A stretch of DNA of 64,000 nucleotides, taken from the IMG/VR virus record IMGVR_UViG_3300032053_005312, positions 1 through 64,000 of that record; one strand, given 5' to 3'. Below the pieces are notes generated by a model. That model did no database searches and was not told where the DNA came from. It worked only from the letters and a program-made list of their open reading frames with translations. This DNA is from a virus. Positions 24,928-33,349 of the stretch are shown piece after piece (positions within the stretch are counted from its first letter, which is position 1; every line of letters begins with the position of its first letter). A program made the position numbers and the translations under genes.

Positions 24928-24997
24928 GTTCCGTCCGTTGGATTGCGGCGTCGAGTTTCCTAAACTTGATAAATTGGTTCGATTCCAATACGGAATA
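24928..24997 (+). tRNA. Atypical tRNA-Arg(CCT)
   Basis: G1:U72; CCG-TTGGATTG-CGG; TCGAGT-TTCCTAA-ACTTGA. Confidence 0.8.
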
Positions 24998-25027
24998 CTT
25001 TGGTGTTTGTTGTCAGAAAGGATTGCC

Positions 25028-25267
25028 ATGAAATATTGCACTTACGTTAGATCCCAAGGCATCCTTGGTTGGTTGCATGGCTGGTTCTTAGTCGGTATTT
25101 CCGACGAACAACGAACATCTGGATATGTGACCGAGTTCGCTTATTTTGGCATCAAGGTGCTGTTGCTTGAAATGGAACCACCACTAACACCTAAATTTCA
25201 CTTCGTTCCCAAGGGAGCGAAGATCATGGGATCAGGAACCGTATCGGTATACAGGATTTGGAAATGA
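25028..25267 (+). CDS. Hypothetical protein
   Basis: RBS AAGGA. Confidence 0.5.
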   Translation: MKYCTYVRSQGILGWLHGWFLVGISDEQRTSGYVTEFAYFGIKVLLLEMEPPLTPKFHFVPKGAKIMGSGTVSVYRIWK

Positions 25268-25467
25268 ATAAGTGGCTTATATTTGCTCTATTTTGTTTGT
25301 TGTTATTGGGATGCAGACACAAGCCGACCAAGGTGACGAATCCGACTCCGGGCGGCATTATTGTCGTAGACCAAGAAGGCAACGAATCAGAGTTCCTTCC
25401 TTTGACTGAAGATGAGTTTAAGAAACTCCAAGTCCGGGCGAAGGATTCAAAGCAAAACAGTAGATAA
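25264..25467 (+). CDS. Small lipoprotein
   Basis: LLLGC lipobox. Confidence 0.55.
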   Translation: MNKWLIFALFCLLLLGCRHKPTKVTNPTPGGIIVVDQEGNESEFLPLTEDEFKKLQVRAKDSKQNSR

Positions 25468-25508
25468 TTACCTGCGGCTCTTTTTCGCAAGAGAAATAGC
25501 CTTTGCAC

Positions 25509-25611
25509 GGTCGGGTAACTCAGCGGCAGAGTCATCAGTGAATCCGGGTGGTTTTATAGTTGCCATTGCGGAAAGTTGATGAGGTCGCAGGTTCGAGTCC
25601 TGCCCCGGCCA
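25509..25611 (+). ncRNA. tRNA-like RNA with extended stem replacing the anticodon loop
   Basis: GGTCGGG/CCCGGCC-A; canonical D and T arms; CATCA/TGATG enclosing a ~38-nt insert. Confidence 0.75.
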
Positions 25612-25613
25612 CT

Positions 25614-26240
25614 ATGAATGAGTTCGAGGGTTTAGTTTCAGTCAAAGATGAAGTAGTCGATGGGGTGGGAGATTGGCTTTGGCCACAGTCCGATCTACAC
25701 GGCTTCAAAGCATTGACTGCTAACTGGCGGGAAGAACACAGATGGACCTACTTAGAACACATCAAGAAATTCGACGTTGTGGTTCAAGCAGGCGGGCATT
25801 GCGGATTATGGCCCCGATTATTGGCTGGACTTTTCAACAGAGTATACACCTTCGAGCCAGACGCAATGAATTTTCATTGTCTTGTGCATAATTGCCAGCG
25901 AGACAATATATTCAAGATAAATGCGGCACTTGGCGCAGAGTGTAAATTCGTCGCTCTTTCAAAGTTCAAAGAGCCAGACAATACTGGAACCCATTTCATT
26001 GAAGGCGTTGGCAGCATTCCAATGCTGACAGTGGATTCCTTCAACTTTGATGCTTGCGATTTCTTGCAGATTGACGTTGAGCGATACGAATTAAACGTCT
26101 TGAAGGGAGCCAAGAAGACCTTGGCGAAATTCAAGCCTGTGTTGTCGATAGAAAGAACCAACGAAGAAATAGAGGCGTTCCTGAATCAGTTTGCCTACAC
26201 CAGAGGTAGAACTGCTGAGATGGACACGATATACTACTAA
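25614..26240 (+). CDS. FkbM-family methyltransferase
   Basis: VVQAGGHCG..YTFEP..LQIDVERYE..VLKGA. Confidence 0.85.
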   Translation: MNEFEGLVSVKDEVVDGVGDWLWPQSDLHGFKALTANWREEHRWTYLEHIKKFDVVVQAGGHCGLWPRLLAGLFNRVYTFEPDAMNFHCLVHNCQRDNIFKINAALGAECKFVALSKFKEPDNTGTHFIEGVGSIPMLTVDSFNFDACDFLQIDVERYELNVLKGAKKTLAKFKPVLSIERTNEEIEAFLNQFAYTRGRTAEMDTIYY

Positions 26241-26241
26241 C

Positions 26242-26526
26242 ATGGAAATTGGCGGCTACGATCTGATATTCAAAACAGAAGACCCGAAGGGTTTGGTTCA
26301 ACGAATAATGGAATTCGTGAACTGGCCGGAAGGTATAATTGAACAAGATGAAGGCGATGACTTCTTCTGGTACAAGGATTCTGATTCAAAACGTGGTTGG
26401 GACATGGAAGGAGCCGTGCCATCACTTGAAAATACGATGGTTTATTTTCTGCCACGAAAAGAAGAATTGACAGTAGTTGTTGATAAAGAAATGGCATTGG
26501 CCATTCGAGAAAATTTCGGATTATAA
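26242..26526 (+). CDS. Hypothetical protein
   Basis: ORF in gene array. Confidence 0.5.
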   Translation: MEIGGYDLIFKTEDPKGLVQRIMEFVNWPEGIIEQDEGDDFFWYKDSDSKRGWDMEGAVPSLENTMVYFLPRKEELTVVVDKEMALAIRENFGL

Positions 26527-26559
26527 CAACAAATTGTTGTTATAAGGCATACATACCTT

Positions 26560-26949
26560 ATGCGAACGAGAAACAACGAGTTGAATCGCACTCATCAACA
26601 GCGATGGTATGCTCAAAATAAAGAGCTTCAAATACAAAGAAACAATGCCAATCGAGAAAAAAAGCTGACGTGGTTCATTGAATATAAAAGGAATTTGAAG
26701 TGCGAGTTGTGTCCTGAATCCCATATAGCGGCTTTGGATTTTCATCATTGTGATCCAAAGAAGAAAAGAGCGGGCATTAACAGACTGATAAATAACAACA
26801 ATAGTTTAGAGGTCATACAAGAAGAAATACAAAAGTGCAGGGTGTTATGCAGTAATTGTCATCGCAAACTACACTACGAAGAAAAGACGGGAGCATGGTG
26901 TAACGGTAGCACACGGGATTTATACCCCCGGCCTAAAGGTGAAGCCTGA
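26560..26949 (+). CDS. HNH homing endonuclease
   Basis: CELCPE..LDFHH..KCRVLCSNCHRKLH. Confidence 0.85.
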   Translation: MRTRNNELNRTHQQRWYAQNKELQIQRNNANREKKLTWFIEYKRNLKCELCPESHIAALDFHHCDPKKKRAGINRLINNNNSLEVIQEEIQKCRVLCSNCHRKLHYEEKTGAWCNGSTRDLYPRPKGEA

Positions 26950-26986
26950 TTAGCTTCAAGAGAAGGTTCGATTCCTTCTGCTCCTA
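26889..26986 (+). tRNA. tRNA-Ile(TAT) with oversized variable region
   Basis: GGGAGCA/TGCTCCT-A; loop TTTATAC; extra hairpin TGAAGC-CTGATTA-GCTTCA. Confidence 0.7.
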
Positions 26987-26999
26987 CTATGTGATTGCA

Positions 27000-27287
27000 A
27001 TGGGCAAGAACAACAAATACCACAAATTCCCTCCCCGCAAGCAGGTTCCTGTCGGCGGGGTTTGTCTTTTGTGTGAATGCAACAGACAAGTGCGAATGGC
27101 AGCACGACCCTTTGTTAAGGGCAAGGCAATTTCTAATGCCCTGGGCTTTCCTGCACCGATGCCATTGATTTGTCCAGGGATGATATTCAAAGGCGTCAAT
27201 AACTTGACAGGCGAAGAGGAATCGTTCAAAGTACATTGTGTATTGATTCTGAATCCAGAACGTAGTTCAGTAGAAAGAATAAAATGA
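27000..27287 (+). CDS. Hypothetical protein
   Basis: ATGA overlap with gltX. Confidence 0.5.
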   Translation: MGKNNKYHKFPPRKQVPVGGVCLLCECNRQVRMAARPFVKGKAISNALGFPAPMPLICPGMIFKGVNNLTGEEESFKVHCVLILNPERSSVERIK

Positions 27288-28192
27288 ACATCACACGCAT
27301 TGCTCCGTCGCCGACCGGCGATATGCACATTGGCACTGCCAGAACTGCATATTTCAACTGGCTCGCAGCACGGGCCAGCGGTGGCAAGTTCATTCTTCGG
27401 GTGGACGACACCGATCAGAAGCGAAACGATCCAGCCTATACAGAAGTCATTCTGTCCACTATGAAGTGGCTGGGTCTGGACTACGATGAGATCGTATTCC
27501 AGAGTTCCAGATTCGACACATACAAGGCCGCAGCGGGCTTGTTGATCCATGAAGGCTGGGCTGTTCCGAAAGATGGGGCCACGGTCTTCAATTTGAAGAA
27601 GGACCATGTGTTCCCTTCTCATTGGAAGGACGAAATCAAGGGCGACATCAAGATTAGTGCCGACGACATATCTCATATGGATGGGATGGTTCTCATTAAG
27701 TCTGATGGAAGTCCATCTTATAATTTTTGTTCAATTGTTGATGATTTGCATATGGGGGTTAACCTAATCATCCGTGGAGTAGATCACATAACAAACACAG
27801 CAAAGCAGGTGATGCTTTGGGATGTTCTCAACAGCGGACAGACGCTACCAAGATTTGCCCACCTTGGTCTTATTTGCATTGATGGAAAGCCTATGTCCAA
27901 AAGAGACGGGGCATCGAGCATGTTGAATTACATGAACGCCGGATATGATGCCGACGCCATGTTGAATTTTCTTGCACGGCTTGGCTGGGGACCAACAAAG
28001 GATGATAAGTCCACAACCCTCTTACCGAGAGATAAGATGCTTGAAATGTTTCTAACTTCGGGTAAGATGAGAAGCCAGCCAGCTAGTTTTGATTCTGGCA
28101 AATTAGAGTCGTTTGACCGCAAATACAAGGCCCGTAAGGGTACTTGGCGAACGGGCGACAAGTTGATTCCTGACACCAACAAAGAGGAATAG
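27284..28192 (+). CDS. gltX: Glutamyl-tRNA synthetase-like, catalytic domain only (GluRS/GluQ-like)
   Basis: RIAPSPTGDMHIG; RVDDTD; IIRGVDHITNT; MSKRDG; 302 aa. Confidence 0.85.
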   Translation: MNITRIAPSPTGDMHIGTARTAYFNWLAARASGGKFILRVDDTDQKRNDPAYTEVILSTMKWLGLDYDEIVFQSSRFDTYKAAAGLLIHEGWAVPKDGATVFNLKKDHVFPSHWKDEIKGDIKISADDISHMDGMVLIKSDGSPSYNFCSIVDDLHMGVNLIIRGVDHITNTAKQVMLWDVLNSGQTLPRFAHLGLICIDGKPMSKRDGASSMLNYMNAGYDADAMLNFLARLGWGPTKDDKSTTLLPRDKMLEMFLTSGKMRSQPASFDSGKLESFDRKYKARKGTWRTGDKLIPDTNKEE

Positions 28193-28194
28193 GC

Positions 28195-28479
28195 ATGAAC
28201 GAGGGAACTAAACTTGACATTGAACTGGCAAAAGACAAGGCGTGCGAGCAATTCGTGCGTCGTTGTCGATATGCCATTTGCATTGAGAAGATCGACAACG
28301 GTGGTCTACATGCTGGTGCGCCGATGTACTTCTACTGCAAGGACTGTGGCATTCCTACGGAAGTCTTGCCCGAAGACTATCTGTTCCCGCCACTGCGTCA
28401 GTGCAGCCAATGCCAAGGTCTTCATCAACAAGGCTGGATGGAACATGCCAAGTCTATGGCGAAGGACGATGATCTATAG
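28195..28479 (+). CDS. Zn-ribbon hypothetical protein
   Basis: AGAPMYFYCKDC..CSQC. Confidence 0.6.
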   Translation: MNEGTKLDIELAKDKACEQFVRRCRYAICIEKIDNGGLHAGAPMYFYCKDCGIPTEVLPEDYLFPPLRQCSQCQGLHQQGWMEHAKSMAKDDDL

Positions 28480-28567
28480 GATCGAATGAATATCCCAGGG
28501 ATACGTTATACCCCGGACATACTTTCGGTGCTTGACCGATAGTAAGTTCGGGGTATAATTATTTACT

Positions 28568-28801
28568 ATGGATAATGAACAAGTTGCAGAGACAGAAAAG
28601 AAACCTCTGACACTCAAAGATATATGCCTTGGAGTGTTTGGCGTATTCATCATTCTGGCAATATTTGCCTTGCCTATTATGTTCCTGATGAATTTCCTTT
28701 TACCAGTTTTCGGTGTAGATCGGCAGATTGACTACCAGCATTCGTTGGCGTTTGCGGTTCTTCTGTTTTGCATGGGGCGATGCTTCAGCCCAGCCAAGTG
28801 A
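28568..28801 (+). CDS. Small membrane protein
   Basis: Two TM segments; promoter-like TTGACC..TATAAT upstream. Confidence 0.55.
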   Translation: MDNEQVAETEKKPLTLKDICLGVFGVFIILAIFALPIMFLMNFLLPVFGVDRQIDYQHSLAFAVLLFCMGRCFSPAK

Positions 28802-28840
28802 TTTTACAACTGAAGCAAATCAGGGTATAATCCGGCTGTC

Positions 28841-29210
28841 ATGAAAAAAAACCGATGCCTACAAATTCTTGCATTTGTTGGTTGAAAAGTATCCGAGCGA
28901 TGCGGCTCCGATGCTGATTGACATCATTGTGGACTATTTGCTGTTTCCGAAGGGCGACGGCACCAGCCCTCAACTTGTTGGCATTGACCAAAAAGTTGCC
29001 GAAATGATGGCCGATCCGGGTCGCAAGATTGAAGCCGTCAAATACGTTCGAGATGAACTTAAATGTGGTCTTAAAGAAGCCAAGGACTACGTTGAGCAAC
29101 GAGTGTGGCCCGCTGGCGTCGGTCCTCAAAGTGAAAAGGCTTTAGAACTACAATCCCGATATGTGCAATCGGTTTTGGACAAAATTCGTGTTGATTATAA
29201 TGTAGGGTGA
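28841..29210 (+). CDS. Ribosomal L7/L12 C-terminal-domain-like protein (A8 frameshift near start)
   Basis: KIEAVKYVRD..CGLKEAKDYVE; ATG 28841 followed by A8 is out of frame with the body. Confidence 0.65.
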
Positions 29211-29216
29211 TATTGC

Positions 29217-29780
29217 ATGGCTGGATCGTTAGAAAGATTCGACTTCCAAGGTCGAAGTCTTGTGCGTGATGTATTCATTGAAACTGGCACCTACCTGGGC
29301 CAGTCTTCGGAGAATGCGTCTCGTGCGGGGTTCAAACACGTCCATACCATCGAAGTCTCCGACAGGATATTTGCACTGGCTCAAGAGCGATTTGCAGGCC
29401 GGTCAGACGTGACGGCACATCATGGCTCCAGTCCTAGTGTGCTGCCAAGCCTGTGTGATCCTAAGTTGTCAACTGTGTTTTATCTGGACGGCCATTACCA
29501 AGGTGGGCCGCTTGATGAAAATGATCCGTTGGTGGGTGAATGTCCTCTGATATTGGAGTTGGATATTATTCGAGCGGTGGCCTGGGAAACTCCACCAATC
29601 ATCATTATTGATGACTCGAAGATATTCACTATTGCGGCTGAAAGTCGTGATGACTATTTGAAAAACTGTCACCTTGATCCGGTCTTTTGGCCAAGTTATC
29701 AACAGGTGATTGATGCGTTGGGACCGGCCTATACGGTCTACGAAGAAGATGATAGGCTGTACTGCATACCTGGGGAGTGA
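29217..29780 (+). CDS. SAM-dependent methyltransferase-like protein
   Basis: FIETGTYLG..TIE..FYLDGH..IIIDD. Confidence 0.75.
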   Translation: MAGSLERFDFQGRSLVRDVFIETGTYLGQSSENASRAGFKHVHTIEVSDRIFALAQERFAGRSDVTAHHGSSPSVLPSLCDPKLSTVFYLDGHYQGGPLDENDPLVGECPLILELDIIRAVAWETPPIIIIDDSKIFTIAAESRDDYLKNCHLDPVFWPSYQQVIDALGPAYTVYEEDDRLYCIPGE

Positions 29781-30127
29781 CATGGACCAGAACTGGAAGA
29801 AGTTTCTCAAGTGGCAATGGTCGGAAATCAAGAAGTATTTCGGACTACGAGTCCTGGGTGGATAGTCTCGGCTACCATGCTGGCAATGGCAACGGTACAG
29901 CACTGCTCCAAGAGTGGGTGAAGTACAAGAGCCATAACAAGAATGCCAAGCTGATTTGCATCGACCTGACCCCTCGTGCAAACCATCAGGTCAAGGAACG
30001 TGAAGATATTCTCCAGGTCGGTGGATTCTCGGACAACGTATTCAACGTGATCGCAAGGTTCGTTGAAGGTGGCTGGTCGAAGGATTTTTGGGTCAAGGAG
30101 ATTGAAAGCGTTCAACTGGATACTTAA
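29777..30127 (+). pseudogene. C-terminal (vWA) remnant of TROVE/Ro60 (Rsr) protein
   Basis: ISDYESWVD..EW..YK..N..AKLICIDL.P...Q...EDILQVGGFSD.VF. Confidence 0.75.
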
Positions 30128-30183
30128 AATATATCCAGCTAGGTTTGGCTGGGGACCGGGTTGCTGGTCCTCGGCCTGCTTTT

Positions 30184-30306
30184 TGGCGGGTAGCTCAATG
30201 GTAGAGCAAAAGTAAAAACAAATCTAAGCGATATTTGGGCTTCGGCCATGCAGTTTGGATTACATTATCCAACTTTAGGTTGTGTGTTCGATTCACACCC
30301 CGCCAG
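30184..30306 (+). ncRNA. tRNA with permuted Y-RNA-like module in place of the anticodon loop
   Basis: TGGCGGG/CCCGCCA-G, canonical D and T arms; insert AATCTAAGC-GATATTTG-GGC-TTCG-GCC-ATGCA-GTTTGGATT-ACATT. Confidence 0.75.
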
Positions 30307-30338
30307 CTTTTCCAGCAAACTTTATTTTCAGGTGATAT

Positions 30339-30461
30339 ATGGCTAAAGGTAATAACGCACAGAAGAACGACAAGAAAGACAAAAAGCAATCCAAGAATGC
30401 CAAGAAGACAACAGCTACGGCAAGTCAGCCCGCTGTTATTGGCAAGTCCAAGGGTAAGTAA
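30339..30461 (+). CDS. 40-aa Lys-rich protein
   Basis: RBS AGGTGA; MAKGNNAQKNDKKDKK.. Confidence 0.55.
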   Translation: MAKGNNAQKNDKKDKKQSKNAKKTTATASQPAVIGKSKGK

Positions 30462-30766
30462 TGCCGAAAAGGACAAAACATCCTGACGGCTCTGTGTGTC
30501 TTGACGGAATTCGTAGCACTCGTCGCAACAAGCAAGTTTGTTGCGACGATTTTTACTTCCGCACTGCAACTTGTGTTTACGACATAAGGTATCAGTGGTA
30601 TAATCGCCAGAAGACTTGGGGCATTCCTGTTTGTGATGGCGGGAGCAGCTTCATTGCCATAACCTTCTGTCCACACTGCGGAGTCAAATGTGATCCACGT
30701 CAAAGAAGACAAACTCCGTTCAGTCCTGGCAACAATGACAGGGACCAGAGCCGAAGGCTTGCTTAG
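30461..30766 (+). CDS. Zn-binding hypothetical protein (DUF6980-like)
   Basis: CCDDF..WGIPVCDGGSS.I.ITFCPHCG. Confidence 0.6.
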   Translation: MPKRTKHPDGSVCLDGIRSTRRNKQVCCDDFYFRTATCVYDIRYQWYNRQKTWGIPVCDGGSSFIAITFCPHCGVKCDPRQRRQTPFSPGNNDRDQSRRLA

Positions 30767-31541
30767 GTTCCACGACGATCACATCAGCGAAATTCTTTCA
30801 GCCAAAGGCTCATCAGGCGGCAATCATCAAGCCTGGAGCGGCGGTCTTCACGACCATCTTGTGCATTGCTTTGTGTTAGCACAAGACCTCTATAAGCTCT
30901 TTCACGAGCGTATCGGCCCTGGTCCTCATGCCGGGCAAGACATCTATGGCGTACACGATTCACGCCCAATCCCGTTTTCTCTCGAAAGCGCCCTCGTGGT
31001 GCTTTATTTTCATGATATAGAGAAAATATTCAAATACGGAAACAAACCACATCGGTATCCTGAGCGTCTCATCGAAGCGAAGGACGCATGGTATCTTGGT
31101 ATTTTGCCAACCAAATACGGCATCGTATTTGACGATCAAGAATACAACGCATTGAAGTACGCCCACGGCGAAGGCGACGACCATCGTAAAGATCAAAGAG
31201 TCGCCAGCCCCTTGGCGGGTTTCATTCATGCCATAGATTATCTATCGGCACGAGTCCTGTGGCAGATCAAAGACTTCGATTACGGTCTGGTCCCCAGGGA
31301 GCCAGTATTGCCATCAGCCATTCAGAGTCTCCATTCCACTTGCTGCAAGGCAGTGGGCAAGCGTGTTAAGTACACCGGCACCAATGGCGATGAATACGAC
31401 AAAATCAATCACGGCCTGTATGTCGAGGGCGAAGGAATCTTCGTCATCTTCTCCGTCAGCCTGAATCGAGCGATGGTTCAGCACGATGATCGCACCACTA
31501 TTTGCGTTGATCCCATTACCGTTGAAATTCTCGGTGACTAA
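30690..31541 (+). CDS. HD-domain phosphohydrolase
   Basis: HQAWSGGLHDH..FHDIEK..HG..HAID. Confidence 0.75.
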   Translation: MIHVKEDKLRSVLATMTGTRAEGLLRFHDDHISEILSAKGSSGGNHQAWSGGLHDHLVHCFVLAQDLYKLFHERIGPGPHAGQDIYGVHDSRPIPFSLESALVVLYFHDIEKIFKYGNKPHRYPERLIEAKDAWYLGILPTKYGIVFDDQEYNALKYAHGEGDDHRKDQRVASPLAGFIHAIDYLSARVLWQIKDFDYGLVPREPVLPSAIQSLHSTCCKAVGKRVKYTGTNGDEYDKINHGLYVEGEGIFVIFSVSLNRAMVQHDDRTTICVDPITVEILGD

Positions 31542-31876
31542 TGTTTAAGATCAAGCATGATTCCTTCGTGTACATTGATGACGCAAAACGTATTGGCGAA
31601 TGTCGCTATGACGTTATTGCAACTATTGATTCACGATGGATTGTGGTGTTCACGGAATTGTTGAAGAATCCAGGGCCGAGTGTCACAAATGCCATCGAGT
31701 CTATTGTTCCACAATTTTGCCGATGCACTAGCCTCAAGCCAGAGGAAGTGATGTTTATTGAGCGATACCAAACGCATCCAGATGATCTTGATGTGATAAA
31801 CTATCAGCCCGATGGCACAACGAGTTGGAGTAGGCTTCCAGAGGATCAAGCTCGTCCAATCTTGGAGTTACTATGA
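31541..31876 (+). CDS. Hypothetical protein
   Basis: TE..NPGPSVTNAIE motif. Confidence 0.6.
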   Translation: MFKIKHDSFVYIDDAKRIGECRYDVIATIDSRWIVVFTELLKNPGPSVTNAIESIVPQFCRCTSLKPEEVMFIERYQTHPDDLDVINYQPDGTTSWSRLPEDQARPILELL

Positions 31877-31942
31877 TACCGCTGCCGGTAATAAAAGTGG
31901 ACTATCCTTTGTCTGTGGTCCCGGCGTGGTGCCGGATGCCTA

Positions 31943-32785
31943 TTGAATGCCACCAGGATGGCATTGGTGGTTGTTGGGGAATCTATCATGGGGAAGTGGC
32001 AAAATATGGCGAATCGCATTGCCAAACTTGCGAGTATAAAGCCGCAACTACAAATGGTCGAAAGTAATTTTTCCCCCATGTACAACGAAGGGGTGACGGT
32101 TATTGCACAGCCGCCCACTCGCCGTATTGTTCAAATCAATATGGAGTATCGTGGTGAAGAAGGCGAAGAACCGGGATACAACGGAAACTTCTTCCTGAGT
32201 TTTCCCTTGATGTATTTTCGTATTCAATACAAAAGATACTTTGAGAAAAATAAAGAGCAATTTTCTGCATCATCGCTGCACGTCATTTTTGCTGTTGCCG
32301 ACAACAAAAGCAAAGCATTCATTCCACCACTGCCAAATGTTGATGACTTGATGCGAGTTTGTATCGAGTTGCCAAAGAAGCGATTTTCAAATGTCGATGA
32401 TCTCTACAAGGCAGCAATTGATTGCTTCTGGTCAACAGACTTCAATGACGGAATGACCATCGCTTTATATCAATATGATTGCGACTCCTTGTTGGGCAAC
32501 CATCGTAAATGGCAAAATAAAACAAAGAAACAGCCCATCTGGATTCCAAACGGTCGTAGCTTGAAGCCGATTGAAAATTTCGACAAAAAGTTCTTCTATG
32601 GATCGTCCTTCAAAAAGGACATTCAACCAGAAGACGAATACGATTCTGTTCAAGAACGATGGCAGCGAGCTGGAGCAGATGAAAGCCATCACCGCACGAA
32701 GGTTACTGCTGATTTACAACCAAGAGTTGTGCCATCTGTCCTCAGCGTGGTGAATCTGGTTTACAACCAGCAAAAATCGTGGTAG
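31943..32785 (+). CDS. Hypothetical protein, possibly prokaryotic E2 family D-like (start uncertain)
   Basis: SFPLMYF..PPLPNV..VC..FWSTDFN. Confidence 0.45.
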   Translation: MNATRMALVVVGESIMGKWQNMANRIAKLASIKPQLQMVESNFSPMYNEGVTVIAQPPTRRIVQINMEYRGEEGEEPGYNGNFFLSFPLMYFRIQYKRYFEKNKEQFSASSLHVIFAVADNKSKAFIPPLPNVDDLMRVCIELPKKRFSNVDDLYKAAIDCFWSTDFNDGMTIALYQYDCDSLLGNHRKWQNKTKKQPIWIPNGRSLKPIENFDKKFFYGSSFKKDIQPEDEYDSVQERWQRAGADESHHRTKVTADLQPRVVPSVLSVVNLVYNQQKSW

Positions 32786-32788
32786 AAT
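32760..32788 (+). promoter_or_regulatory. Promoter TTTACA-N17-TAGAAT
   Basis: Repeated promoter family. Confidence 0.65.
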
Positions 32789-32817
32789 CCCTGTAAGAAG
32801 GGAACAGAAAATGCAAA

Positions 32818-33345
32818 ATGCAAAAGCACAATGATCCAGAAGGTTGTAAGTGCGCCCGGTGTGCGGCTATTGCCAGAGGCATGACGCCGGATGAAGCTAC
32901 CGTCGCTCAAACTGAGTGGGAAAACAAGGCATTGGTTGAACGTGGATTTTATGTTCACTATGTCAGTGCTGATTCCTCTTCTCCGACAAACTTCAATGCC
33001 CATACACATGGTATGCAGGCATTTGACAATCATCTGGATTTTCAGCTTATTGTCCCTCTACCGCCAGAATCCGCTCACAATATAATTTGCACACTCGCCG
33101 AACGAGTGAAAGCTGGTGAGCGGTTTGTGTCAGGACAGAAGTTGGACAAGATCATTCGAGGGTTTGAAGTCAAGCTGGTCGAGGCTCCCGAAGACGACCG
33201 CAAGGTTCTTCGGATTGTATTGCCAGACCCGGATGGCAAATTGGAACCTGACGAAATCAACGAACAATACGCTGTCCAATACAAGGACGTTGAAGGGGTG
33301 AAGCTCCCGAAGCGTTCGTGGGTGGCTTACAAGCCAAAGCGATAA
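32818..33345 (+). CDS. DUF4262-like protein
   Basis: GFYVHYV..HTHGM..H.DFQ..LPDPDG. Confidence 0.55.
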   Translation: MQKHNDPEGCKCARCAAIARGMTPDEATVAQTEWENKALVERGFYVHYVSADSSSPTNFNAHTHGMQAFDNHLDFQLIVPLPPESAHNIICTLAERVKAGERFVSGQKLDKIIRGFEVKLVEAPEDDRKVLRIVLPDPDGKLEPDEINEQYAVQYKDVEGVKLPKRSWVAYKPKR

Positions 33346-33349
33346 AGCC

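Noticed and set aside
2207-24997. Loss of the A20 identity element in atypical tRNA-Arg as the explanation for truncated ArgRS
   Set aside because: Three of the four D loops retain GGA, so an A20 equivalent may still be present.
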